Assembly (NCBI GenBank): GCA_963675665.1
Contig: OY776510.1
Span: 3,552,001-3,616,000 of the forward strand
Length of the DNA: 64,000 nucleotides
Source: Spirochaetia bacterium
GTDB lineage: Bacteria > Spirochaetota > Spirochaetia > UBA9216
Direction: 5' to 3'
A program made the translations under genes and the position numbers. The number at the start of each line of letters is the position of its first letter. Within the stretch, counting starts at the first letter, position 1. Below are positions 18,601 to 27,656 of this stretch, piece by piece. Below the pieces are notes generated by a model, which was not told where the DNA came from, ran no database searches, and saw only the letters and a list, made by a program, of their open reading frames with translations.

Positions 18601-18720
18601 TCAACCTGTCTGACTCTTTTTCTTATACCTGCGGTTTATAAAATTATTGAAGAAAAAGCGCTCAGTAAGTCTCCGGCGTCATCGCCTCAAAAGCAGCCCG
18701 AACTTCATAAAGACGGTTAA
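15613..18720 (+). CDS. RND efflux permease (AcrB/SwrC-like)
   Basis: 1035 aa; SIKHP, VTRPIEDAL, GMIVDSSIVVLEN, GIVVNNGIVLID, RLKPIMMTTLTT. Confidence 0.96.
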   Translation: MKLSDYSIKHPAVITILLVMISVFGVIAIRNTNQEAFPPMGLPGASVLTVYPGIGSEFMEIEVTRPIEDALSGVSGLKGLSSSSKDSVSVVSVEFRDGEDAYSKLPEIREKLNSVSDTLPEGISGNPEIFIHDAGSFLPIYTLMIKSSLPDEVFSSFIEEDFKSGITRIDGVSNVNIYGGKGRELEIKIHLDELETRGLAVLDIFTMLQYYNISLPAGTVGYLGRNINIRTSGEFTSIDEIENLVIGNKGSSLIYLKDVADIGFTEKQPDSYIRSEGEDAILIDIMKREQGNTIDIINAVDKLINDTNQRFPGKLEFHVVTDQKERTELTINTVIQTALTGIILAILVIYIFLHDFRSTIIIGLSLPISILITFIGMYLTGTTINMLSLSGITVAIGMIVDSSIVVLENTSRHSSEGKTPETAASLGAGEVGGAVLASATTSICVFLPMAFLSGVIGIIMKGLSLSIVFALGSSALVSVIIVPYLSAIFLKKEPKHIRGLSTFHNLIEKALQALTNSYRKLLSKVLRRPAVIILTAIIVLALTVVLVSRLGISFLPPTDTGEIEFDIRTPQFYSLEESRGKADEIDAMCRELVPELATSVFQVNNDGTITGKIRLVKSGERERSVQDIIKILQTTLNNEITDTETIVVNGGFDSLLGMATGGQGFKIRLYGSNLDDIMKEAEKINSFLESDREVIKTQMSMRYGKEEIVSNLMLDYMGNLGITPYEAAITSKIFFSGLEAGTFRFENKNYSMKLTSDIAGQEINEDTISLINIKTASGKPVSMTSLTELERKPAVSVINKQNKTISLTVTAHLNTLDQIEITSRVDDFMKTRELPYGLSWEIGGTSSLVSESFSSLFLILGIAVFLVYSVMVIQFEKFVQPVIIMLSIPFCLIGVVLGLIIFGSIISIIPMLGVISLAGIVVNNGIVLIDYINLIRKRDKLELSEAVITGCTARLKPIMMTTLTTFFGVLPMAFAGGNGSEIYAPLGQAIAGGLITSTCLTLFLIPAVYKIIEEKALSKSPASSPQKQPELHKDG

Positions 18721-19267
18721 GATCACTGTTTATGAATTCATTATAATCAAGCTCTCCGCTTTTAATTCTGTGCAATTCGTCTTCCCAGAATTCGAGCCCT
18801 TCTATATATATATATTTCAGGTTTTCAAGCTTATCAACCTGTTTGAGAACTTCATCCCAGTAATAAAGCGCATCCTTATAATATATTTCAGCCATCTGAA
18901 GACTTTTCAGGTTTTCCTGCTTAAAAGGATAATTGAAAAAATAAGCATCGAATTTATCGAATTTAACAGCAAGCAGTCTGTATTGTTCGATAAGCTTTAA
19001 ATTTACATGCATTATGAACAGCTCGCGATAGCGTTCCCATTCTGCTTCATCCCTTATAACAGCAAGCGCATTTAACGGATTTACAAAAGGACGTTTAAGG
19101 GCAGTCTCCAGGTAATAAATGTTTTCGGCGCTGTCTTCCGGATACTGGATATAGTGTGAATGATAAAGTTTGTAAAATTGTTCAGCATAAATAATTTTAT
19201 AACAGAAAGCAGAATCTGCAGAGAATATCAGTAAAATAAATAATAAAGCGAATAATCCTTTTTTCAC
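18662..19267 (-). CDS. Hypothetical exported protein (201 aa), downstream of tmk
   Basis: Signal peptide MKKGLFALLFILLIFSADSAFC; 7 nt after the tmk stop, same strand. Confidence 0.8.
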   Translation of the reverse strand: MKKGLFALLFILLIFSADSAFCYKIIYAEQFYKLYHSHYIQYPEDSAENIYYLETALKRPFVNPLNALAVIRDEAEWERYRELFIMHVNLKLIEQYRLLAVKFDKFDAYFFNYPFKQENLKSLQMAEIYYKDALYYWDEVLKQVDKLENLKYIYIEGLEFWEDELHRIKSGELDYNEFINSDLNRLYEVRAAFEAMTPETY

Positions 19268-19274
19268 ATTTTAA

Positions 19275-19892
19275 TTATCGGCCGATACTCTTCAATATTT
19301 CACTGCAGATTTCAGTCGGGGTCTTGTGCCCGTCAATACGCAGAAGCTTCATCCCGCTGTCGGGATATGCTGCCAGCCCTCGCTCATAATTCTCAACTAT
19401 CTTAAATTGTATATCCGCACCGTCAAATAACTCTTCAAGATCACGCTTGCTCATCCTTTGTCTGCATATTTCCGGGGTGGTATCTATGTAAACAAGATAT
19501 TCAGGCAGAGGGTAGTTGTTAATTGAGCGAACGAATTCAAAACCGCAATCCATGGATTGATAGGCAAGCGAAGAAAAAAGATAACGATCCGAGATTACAA
19601 GTTCACCGATGTTAATGTGTTTTATTATACCGTCTTCTTTATTATACAGATGTTCATGCCTGTCGGCAGAAAAAAGCATTGCCAGAGTTTCCGGCTCGAC
19701 GGTAATCTCTTTTTCAAGCACACGCCTGATAAGCTTTCCTGAAGGCAGCGGGCTTGGTTCGCATGTTTTAAAAACTGCAGTCCCTCTTTTTTCAAGCGCT
19801 TCACCGAGCATATTAAGCTGAGTTGTTGTTCCGCTTCCGTCCAGACCTTCCAAAACAATAAAATTTTTCAGTACTTCAGGGTTTTCCGTCAT
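19275..19892 (-). CDS. tmk: Thymidylate kinase
   Basis: FIVLEGLDGSGTTTQ P-loop, LFSADR, VISDRYLFSSLAYQ; likely start ATG 19892. Confidence 0.95.
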   Translation of the reverse strand: MTENPEVLKNFIVLEGLDGSGTTTQLNMLGEALEKRGTAVFKTCEPSPLPSGKLIRRVLEKEITVEPETLAMLFSADRHEHLYNKEDGIIKHINIGELVISDRYLFSSLAYQSMDCGFEFVRSINNYPLPEYLVYIDTTPEICRQRMSKRDLEELFDGADIQFKIVENYERGLAAYPDSGMKLLRIDGHKTPTEICSEILKSIGR

Positions 19893-19994
19893 AGTATATC
19901 CGATAATAAAATATTGACGTTTTTTCGGCAATATCAATACTGTTTTTAAAACAGATTAACTGACTTTATATTATTTTTGGTGTAAATTCGAAAG

Positions 19995-22900
19995 ATGGTT
20001 CTGAAAACCGACAGCCGTATGCCATTGCTGCTTCAGCTGTCAATTATAACAATATTAATCTGTACGCTACTTGTTGTGCTTTTCCCGGTCAGAACCAGAA
20101 TCAGCGCCTATATAACAGATCAGAAACAGCTGGCAATTGAATATCTTGAAAAAAAGATAAAACATAATATCAGCTACGACAGCATTGCGCCTTCAATTCT
20201 TCATGCTTTTGAAATAAGGGGATTCCGCATTTCTTCGGAAGAAAACCCTGAAGAATATATTTTTGAAGTGGAAAAACTCAGGCTACGTTTTAATTTGTTC
20301 AATTTCAGGCTGTCCAATCCGTTAAACGCTTTTGAAGGCCTGCTTATAGTAAACTCCAAAATTGAATACGACAGCAGTAAAAACCTGGAACTAATTAATG
20401 TTGCTGAATCTTTACTTTCCCCGGGCAAAAACTCCGGAACATCCGAAACGGGCAGAACAGAGCAACTGCTTCCACCGGATTTTACCATACGAGGCCGAAA
20501 TCTTTCCGTATCCGTAAAAACCGAACAGTTTTCCCTTGAACTTTCGAAAATTTTTCTTACACTCGGGACATCGTCCGAAGGCGATCTTGTTTTTGCCGTT
20601 AAAACCGATACTTCCGCAAAACTTTTATCTCTGCCCTCAACAATGCCGCTCGACAGTTTTGAACTTAAATCCGACATGTCCATAAGCGGCAGAATGGATA
20701 CTGCTTTCAATTGGGCTGATCTTGATATCCAGATGAAAAAACTTCAGACAGATGTTTTTTCAATCAACAGGATAAAATTTAATTTCAGATACGAAAAACC
20801 GGGAAAACTTGTCGTCACCAAAACAGGCGACAGTATTCCGGCAGACATGATTCTTACAGCTAATTTTACTGACGGATTATATAATGCGGAGCTTGTTACA
20901 CAGGACTTTGTTTTCAGCAGATATTTCGATACATACGGCTTTCCGGATAATTACAAACTTGTTACCGACGCGGTAATAAGCGGCCGGGCTTCCGCAAGTA
21001 TTAATTCAAAACTTAATGAATTTATGTACTCAGGCAACCTTTCTGTTGGAAATATTACCGGGTTGACCGAAAAACCGGCCGGTATTGAAGCTGTTTTCTC
21101 CGGAACTAACCGGAAACTTGATATAGAGAATTCAAAATTTTTCTGTGATTTGGGCAATGCTTCTTTTCAGGGACAAATTCTTATAGAGAAACTACCGGAA
21201 ATAAACGGTAAATTGACAGTACCCGGCATCAGTTATAACGGTATGAAGTTATCATCAACTCTTGTTGTAAAAACCGAAAAAAACGGAAAATATAAAATAA
21301 CCTCGGATAATACGGAATTTAACGGAATTGTTCTTTCGGCACTCGATCTCGAGCTTCTTCCTTATGAAGAAAATATGGAATACAGCCTGAACACTGATAT
21401 TCTCAACCCCGATTTGACGCCTGAGCACATTTATTCGGAAGGCATCATCCAGTTCGGAAAAGAAATTTACCTGCAGCTCGTTTTTTCTGCAGAGTCTCTT
21501 CTGCTCAAACCTGTAATAGAAGCTCTACCTTTGAACATAGTAATTCCCGAAATACTGAACGGCCTCGAGCTGTCATCTGAAATATACCTGTCGGGAACAG
21601 CCGAACAACTTTCGTTTGCGTCTCCCTTTATCAGAATAAATGATCGCTATAATGACAAACGTTCGCTGACGTTCTCCATTTCAGGAAATAATTCCGGGTT
21701 TCGTCTAAGCGATCTTAATCTTGTTTGGGATGAAAACAGGCTCAGCGGCAGGATATCCACCGATTTAACCGAGACAAACACTTTGGTGCTGCAGTCCAGC
21801 CTGAATCTTAATAAAACGCCGATAAATCTTTCAGGTGTTCTGGATACCGACGGCAGCCTTGCCCTGTACGGGGATTATGATATCAAGCTTAACTGGTACA
21901 GTATCCCCGGAGGCGGAAACAGTATTCTTTTCAATACAAAACGTCTGCCGATTGTTTCAGCAGCTGGTGAAACAGCATTTCTAAGCATCAATGCCACCGG
22001 TATTTTTAATTCGATTGATCAATGGAAACTATTTCTGAAGAACCTTGAAGTAGAAGATATAAAAACCGGATTTGGTCCGGGAAACCTTAAGTTGTCTGCA
22101 CTTTTGGGTGAAAATGGAGGAAATATTTACAACATTCACTACAGTGATTCCGGTAGCGAACTGAACGGAAAAGGCAGCCTGCTGCTTACAGGAATCCTGC
22201 CTCGTCCAGAGGGCAGACTTCAACTGTATGCTAAATCACCTTCGTCTGCCGAAGAATACAATCTTATGATAGGGTTTATTAATGAAAACCTGGACGGGTA
22301 TCTGAATTTCAACAGTTTCCCTTTATCAAGAATTTCCGAAGATTTTCCCCTGAAAGGCGATGTTTTCGGAAGTTTCTCCATAGCCGGAACCGTTGCGTCG
22401 CCACAGATGAGGGTGCAGCTGAATACCGGCAATACTTTCTTTAACAGCGAAAAGTTAAGTATGGAAACCGTACTCAGTTACGAGAATCTTAAACTGAAAC
22501 TGGAACAGCTTTCTGCAGTATACGGCGCCTATCAGATCAGTGATGTCGACGGTCTTCTGGATCTTGAAAACGGTTTTCATCAACTCTCGGCAAGACTGAC
22601 CTCCGAAAGCAAGCTGCTTGGACTGAATGCAGCTCTATACGGAGAAGCTGAAACTGTAAAAATAGACTCATTTTTTAAACTTCCTGAAATTTTCAAATCT
22701 GATTTGAATGCCGATTTGGCCTTTGAGAAACTCTTTTTAAATCTTGAAGCCAAAGATCCGTGGAAATTCCGAATTGTTAAACGTGATAAACTGTTAAATA
22801 TCACCGGAGGCACTCAAGGTGAAATATCGGGAAACTATTTCCAGGACGGGTATTTCACTCTTGATGCGGTAACACCTTTCCCCGTAACGATTTCAGCCTC

Positions 22901-24344
22901 GGGTACAATTAAAAACGGATTAATAAACGCGGCGGTAAAGGATATCAAATATACTTTCGATAATCTGGAAATTCCTTTTTTCTATTTTTACGGGGGAGAA
23001 ATCAATGGAAATTTAAGAATACAGGGGCCTTTAAACGATCCTGATTTCTACGGCCAGCTGGATTGCAGCAATATGGTTTTCAGACCGCCGATTATACAGG
23101 ACATTACCGAACCATTTGATACATCTTTCTTTTTAAGCGGAAAAACTCTTGACCTGCCGGCAACCATGACTGATACAAATAACGGCAAAATATCCATAAA
23201 TCTTACAGCCAATATGGAAAGATGGCTTCCCAGAATATATGATATCAATATTAATGTACCGGTCAATGACTCAGTTTCAGCCGAGTTCTACAAAAAACCT
23301 ATTTATATACGCGGATTCTGCACCGGTCAGATCCATATTTACGGAGATCTTACCCGAATGAATGTAGACGGTCATATAAACGGCACTGAAGCTGTTTTTA
23401 TGGTTAATTATGATCTTGACATAAAATCAATAGGCAGTCCGACTGAATTTACTTCTGGAGAAATGCATTTCAGCTTCGGTGAAAACAATCAGTTTTTCTG
23501 GCCCAGTCAGGAGTTTCCGATTGTGAAAGGCTTTCTCAGCGGTGCCAGCGATTTAACAATGCGTTACGATACAAGCGGCATCGGTGTTGTTCTTGACGGA
23601 GATCTTATACTCAACGGCGGTGAAATATTCTATTTCAAAAAGAATTTTTACATAAAAGAGGGCGAAATAATATTTAACAATAATACTGCCCGGAACCTGG
23701 ATCCCTTGCTCAGCACAAGAGCTGAAATCCGGGACATTAATTCAGAAGGTGAAATGAGCAAAATATATCTTATTGTAGATCAGTCGCCGTTGTCGGCGTT
23801 TTCTCCGCGTTTTGAATCCGAACCTTCCATGTCCACCGCCGAAATAATGGCGATTCTGGGAGGTAATATTCTCGACACCTTCGAATCAGGCGACTCGTCA
23901 ATAAGAAACGCAGTGCTTTTGGGTACCGATTTATTTACACAATTCGCAGTACTGAAAGGTATCGAAGAAAATCTCAAGAACACTTTGGGGCTGGATCTCC
24001 TCTCAATTCGTTCTTCGTTTCTCAGCAATTTACTGGCAAATACGTTATTGTCAAATTCTGATGATTTAAACGGAGACAATTTCAGTAAATATCTTGACAA
24101 TACCACCTTATTCTTGGGAAAGTATTTCACAGATGATATATTCTTACAGGGTATGTTTCAGTTTGATCTTTATAATGATACAGGTTATTCTGAAAACCCG
24201 GAATTAAATTTCGACAGCGAAATTAAGCTTGAATGGGAAAGCCCGATTGCCGACGTAGAACTGAGTTTTTATCCTGATTTTCAGGATCCTGTAGCAGGAC
24301 TCAATCGAACAAGCGTAGGCTTATCATGGCGGTTCTCTTACTAA
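19995..24344 (+). CDS. tamB: Translocation/assembly module TamB (DUF490-type) protein
   Basis: 1449 aa, N-terminal TM anchor, beta-rich, C-terminal GGEIFYF...LDP...AEIRD...LFLGKYFTDD; directly upstream of bamA as in other spirochaetes. Confidence 0.87.
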   Translation: MVLKTDSRMPLLLQLSIITILICTLLVVLFPVRTRISAYITDQKQLAIEYLEKKIKHNISYDSIAPSILHAFEIRGFRISSEENPEEYIFEVEKLRLRFNLFNFRLSNPLNAFEGLLIVNSKIEYDSSKNLELINVAESLLSPGKNSGTSETGRTEQLLPPDFTIRGRNLSVSVKTEQFSLELSKIFLTLGTSSEGDLVFAVKTDTSAKLLSLPSTMPLDSFELKSDMSISGRMDTAFNWADLDIQMKKLQTDVFSINRIKFNFRYEKPGKLVVTKTGDSIPADMILTANFTDGLYNAELVTQDFVFSRYFDTYGFPDNYKLVTDAVISGRASASINSKLNEFMYSGNLSVGNITGLTEKPAGIEAVFSGTNRKLDIENSKFFCDLGNASFQGQILIEKLPEINGKLTVPGISYNGMKLSSTLVVKTEKNGKYKITSDNTEFNGIVLSALDLELLPYEENMEYSLNTDILNPDLTPEHIYSEGIIQFGKEIYLQLVFSAESLLLKPVIEALPLNIVIPEILNGLELSSEIYLSGTAEQLSFASPFIRINDRYNDKRSLTFSISGNNSGFRLSDLNLVWDENRLSGRISTDLTETNTLVLQSSLNLNKTPINLSGVLDTDGSLALYGDYDIKLNWYSIPGGGNSILFNTKRLPIVSAAGETAFLSINATGIFNSIDQWKLFLKNLEVEDIKTGFGPGNLKLSALLGENGGNIYNIHYSDSGSELNGKGSLLLTGILPRPEGRLQLYAKSPSSAEEYNLMIGFINENLDGYLNFNSFPLSRISEDFPLKGDVFGSFSIAGTVASPQMRVQLNTGNTFFNSEKLSMETVLSYENLKLKLEQLSAVYGAYQISDVDGLLDLENGFHQLSARLTSESKLLGLNAALYGEAETVKIDSFFKLPEIFKSDLNADLAFEKLFLNLEAKDPWKFRIVKRDKLLNITGGTQGEISGNYFQDGYFTLDAVTPFPVTISASGTIKNGLINAAVKDIKYTFDNLEIPFFYFYGGEINGNLRIQGPLNDPDFYGQLDCSNMVFRPPIIQDITEPFDTSFFLSGKTLDLPATMTDTNNGKISINLTANMERWLPRIYDININVPVNDSVSAEFYKKPIYIRGFCTGQIHIYGDLTRMNVDGHINGTEAVFMVNYDLDIKSIGSPTEFTSGEMHFSFGENNQFFWPSQEFPIVKGFLSGASDLTMRYDTSGIGVVLDGDLILNGGEIFYFKKNFYIKEGEIIFNNNTARNLDPLLSTRAEIRDINSEGEMSKIYLIVDQSPLSAFSPRFESEPSMSTAEIMAILGGNILDTFESGDSSIRNAVLLGTDLFTQFAVLKGIEENLKNTLGLDLLSIRSSFLSNLLANTLLSNSDDLNGDNFSKYLDNTTLFLGKYFTDDIFLQGMFQFDLYNDTGYSENPELNFDSEIKLEWESPIADVELSFYPDFQDPVAGLNRTSVGLSWRFSY

Positions 24345-24365
24345 AAAGTGCTCAAAGGAGAAAGC

Positions 24366-27038
24366 ATGCGAAAAATCGCACTTACTGCAATTATTCTTGT
24401 CTTTATTTCAGCGGCTGCATACACCCAGTCTGCGGAATGGTACATAGACAAACCCATACACGAGATACGGTTTACCGGGCTCAATAACATTGACGAATCC
24501 GAGCTAAGCGGAATAACTGAACAGTTTATTAATAAAAAATTTACTGATACCCTGTTCTGGGATCTTCAAAGCAAATTATACGCACTTAATTATTTTGAAA
24601 GTTTTGATGCCAACGCATTTCCTGTTGACGACAACCGCGACAGGGTAATCATAGAATTCTCCGTTACGGAAAGGCCCCTCATAAAATCCATTATCATCAG
24701 GGGCAATAAACGAATTACCAAAACTAAAATCCTGGAGGTAACCATCCTGAAAAAGGATGATATCCTGAATAATGCCAAAGTCAGAATAGATGAAACCGCA
24801 ATTGCCGAACTTTATATCGAAGAAGGGTACCCTGATGTAAAGGTTGAGAGCAGTGTGGAAGATTCTTCAGACACAGGATATGTAGACCTCTTTTTCAATA
24901 TAACCGAAGGAACCCAAACCCGCATCGATATCATATCTTTTTCGGGCAATTCATTTGCTTCAGACAGCACTCTTAAAGGTCAGCTAGAATCAAAACAGCA
25001 ATCTTTATTTTCCAAAGGAATTTTTCAGCAGGGCCTTATTGAAAAAGACAAGGCTGCCATAGAAAAATACTATTTTGACTCCGGTTATATAGACATGAAA
25101 GTTGTCGATGTTGTCATAAACGATGTTGAGAAGGAAAAAGAAGACGATCGGAATTATATAGAAATTATTTTCTACATTGAAGAAGGCGAACAGTGGACAT
25201 TCGGAGGATTCTCTTTCGAGGGAAACATCCTGTTCAGCACTGAAGAACTTTTATCGGTAACGACCCTTAAATCCGGCTCAAAAATCAATAAATCCAGGCT
25301 TGAAGCTGATTTTATGAAAATCGGCGACATGTACTATAACGACGGTTATATTTACAACGCTATAAGCACGGAAGAAATCCGCGATGAACAAACAAATGAA
25401 ATTTCTTTTAAAATGGTAATAGACGAAAAAAGCCGCGCTCATATAGAAAACATAATCATTACCGGAAATGAAAAAACCAAAGATTATGTAATTCTACGTG
25501 AAATACCGCTTGAAGTCGGCGATGTCTTCAGTAAATCAGCTATTATGCAGGGCCTTAATAATCTTTATAATACCCGTTACTTCTCATCTGTTGTCCCGGA
25601 CATGCCGTACGGCTCTGAATTAGGCCTGATGGATCTGGTAATTAATGTTGAAGAACAGAATACAACTGATATTCAGTTCGGCCTGACGTTTACTGCCGCC
25701 GCAGGTTCAATTCCTATTATAGGATTCCTTAAATGGAACGATTCAAACTTTCTCGGGGAAGGGCGAAATATCAGTATCGGTACTGAACTATCACCGACAT
25801 CGCAGGAACTCTCTTTGGGATTCAGCGATAACTGGCTTTTCGAACAGAGAATATCAGCCGGACTGGATTTTTCAATAAGCCATGATCAATATACCGAAGT
25901 CCCGCAGGATATAATGCTTCCTATATTCAACCTTGATCCTGATGATTATGAACAGGTCGTACCTGATCCTTACGACGGACACTGGGTGTGGGCTGACGAC
26001 ACTACTGACGATTACGGCTCCCATACTGCAGGAGATGCTGTAGATACCGATAATTACAGCGATGCAACGCTGGCAACCATGTCTGATGACGGCGACATTG
26101 AAACTGATTATGACTATGCAATGAATAACGGTGAATCGATAGATTCCGACTATCTCATGGATTATGAATCATATACGGTATCATTGGCAGGCAGCGGCGG
26201 ATACACCTTTATCACCCCTGTCGGCAAAGTGTCTCTCGGTACCGGTCTCAGCACATCACTTTCAAAAATTAATTACAATTCATCGCTCTACCGTCCGTAC
26301 GACAAGGATATCCGTGACGCTCTGGGTACAATCAGCCTGACGGACAAGCTATGGCTTACTGCAAGCTGGGACACCAGGGACCTCTACTATTCCCCGACAA
26401 AAGGTTTCATTTTAAAAGAAACTTTTACTTACACCGGAGGATTTCTTTTCGGCAGCAAACATTACATGAAAACAACAACGGACGCCGACGCCTATTTCAA
26501 ACTGTTTGATTTACCTGTAACAGAAGACTGGAATTTCTCAACCGTTTTAGGCCTGCATGGACAGTACTCAATGATTCTTCCGCAGTTCGGTTACTTTGAT
26601 ACGGATTATGACGGCAGCAGAGATACCTGGAAATGGAGCACGGTAGCAACCAGATCTGATCTTCTTTATTACGACGGAATATTTGTTGCAAGAGGCTGGG
26701 GCACAAATTATGACAACAAGGCATTGCTTGATCTGGTAATTGATTTTACAACACCTATCGCTCCCGGAATGCTTTCCTGGAACAGCTTTCTAAGCGGATC
26801 ATCCGTATGGACCGAACCTGAAGATGTTCTCGATATGAGTTTGAGTGACTTTTATTTCAGCCTTGGAACCGGACTGCAGATTGATATACCGAGTTTTCCA
26901 ATTTCATTCTTTCTCGTTAAGCGTGCAAAATTTGTCGACGGTGCAATTGAATGGCAGGCTGGTGATTATTTCGGCAACACCGATACTGAAACTTCAGGAA
27001 TTGACTTTGTTATAACTTTTGATCTTGATTATTTCTAA
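24366..27038 (+). CDS. bamA: Outer membrane protein assembly factor BamA
   Basis: Signal peptide, five POTRA domains (GNEKTKDYVILRE), barrel NFLGEG, ARGW lid motif, terminal Phe; SD AAGGAG before ATG 24366. Confidence 0.95.
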   Translation: MRKIALTAIILVFISAAAYTQSAEWYIDKPIHEIRFTGLNNIDESELSGITEQFINKKFTDTLFWDLQSKLYALNYFESFDANAFPVDDNRDRVIIEFSVTERPLIKSIIIRGNKRITKTKILEVTILKKDDILNNAKVRIDETAIAELYIEEGYPDVKVESSVEDSSDTGYVDLFFNITEGTQTRIDIISFSGNSFASDSTLKGQLESKQQSLFSKGIFQQGLIEKDKAAIEKYYFDSGYIDMKVVDVVINDVEKEKEDDRNYIEIIFYIEEGEQWTFGGFSFEGNILFSTEELLSVTTLKSGSKINKSRLEADFMKIGDMYYNDGYIYNAISTEEIRDEQTNEISFKMVIDEKSRAHIENIIITGNEKTKDYVILREIPLEVGDVFSKSAIMQGLNNLYNTRYFSSVVPDMPYGSELGLMDLVINVEEQNTTDIQFGLTFTAAAGSIPIIGFLKWNDSNFLGEGRNISIGTELSPTSQELSLGFSDNWLFEQRISAGLDFSISHDQYTEVPQDIMLPIFNLDPDDYEQVVPDPYDGHWVWADDTTDDYGSHTAGDAVDTDNYSDATLATMSDDGDIETDYDYAMNNGESIDSDYLMDYESYTVSLAGSGGYTFITPVGKVSLGTGLSTSLSKINYNSSLYRPYDKDIRDALGTISLTDKLWLTASWDTRDLYYSPTKGFILKETFTYTGGFLFGSKHYMKTTTDADAYFKLFDLPVTEDWNFSTVLGLHGQYSMILPQFGYFDTDYDGSRDTWKWSTVATRSDLLYYDGIFVARGWGTNYDNKALLDLVIDFTTPIAPGMLSWNSFLSGSSVWTEPEDVLDMSLSDFYFSLGTGLQIDIPSFPISFFLVKRAKFVDGAIEWQAGDYFGNTDTETSGIDFVITFDLDYF

Positions 27039-27116
27039 AATCTAACCGGCATCCCTGCCTGTTAGGCTTTATACTAAACCTCCATCCTTGGAGAGAATTA
27101 TTCTTAGGAGAGAAAA

Positions 27117-27653
27117 TTGATTAAACGATTGTTTTTTACATTATGCATAGCAATAATTGCTGTATTCAGTCTCAGCGCCGAACAACTGTCCAAAATAGGA
27201 ATAGTTAATTTTTCAAGAATAGTCGAAGACTATTTTGCTGAATCATCCGCATGGCGCGAAATAGATACCATGCGAGAAAAATATAATGACGGACGTGATG
27301 AGATTCTTGAAGAAATTAATGATCTCAAAATGGAAAAACTTCAGGCTGAAAACAGTAATAATCAAATAAAGGCCCTTCGTATTGATGATGAAATTTACAA
27401 TAAACAGGAATACTTAAAGGAATTTCATTCCATTTGGCAGAACCGAATCAATACAAAAATCCAGGGGGTATATCAGTCATCTACTTTTACGGCTGAAATA
27501 CTTGACGCTATTACATACATTGCCGAATCTGAAGGTTATTCCATGATAATGCGCACACAGGATCCGGACATTCTCTGGTATAACCACGAAATAGATGTTA
27601 CCAATCTTGTTTTGGAACGCCTCAGGTGGCAGGCTGCCAGAGAATCAGATTGA
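27117..27653 (+). CDS. skp: OmpH/Skp periplasmic chaperone
   Basis: Signal peptide, KIGIVNFSRI, IAESEGYSMI, IDVTNLVL; follows bamA. Confidence 0.9.
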   Translation: MIKRLFFTLCIAIIAVFSLSAEQLSKIGIVNFSRIVEDYFAESSAWREIDTMREKYNDGRDEILEEINDLKMEKLQAENSNNQIKALRIDDEIYNKQEYLKEFHSIWQNRINTKIQGVYQSSTFTAEILDAITYIAESEGYSMIMRTQDPDILWYNHEIDVTNLVLERLRWQAARESD

Positions 27654-27656
27654 TTC

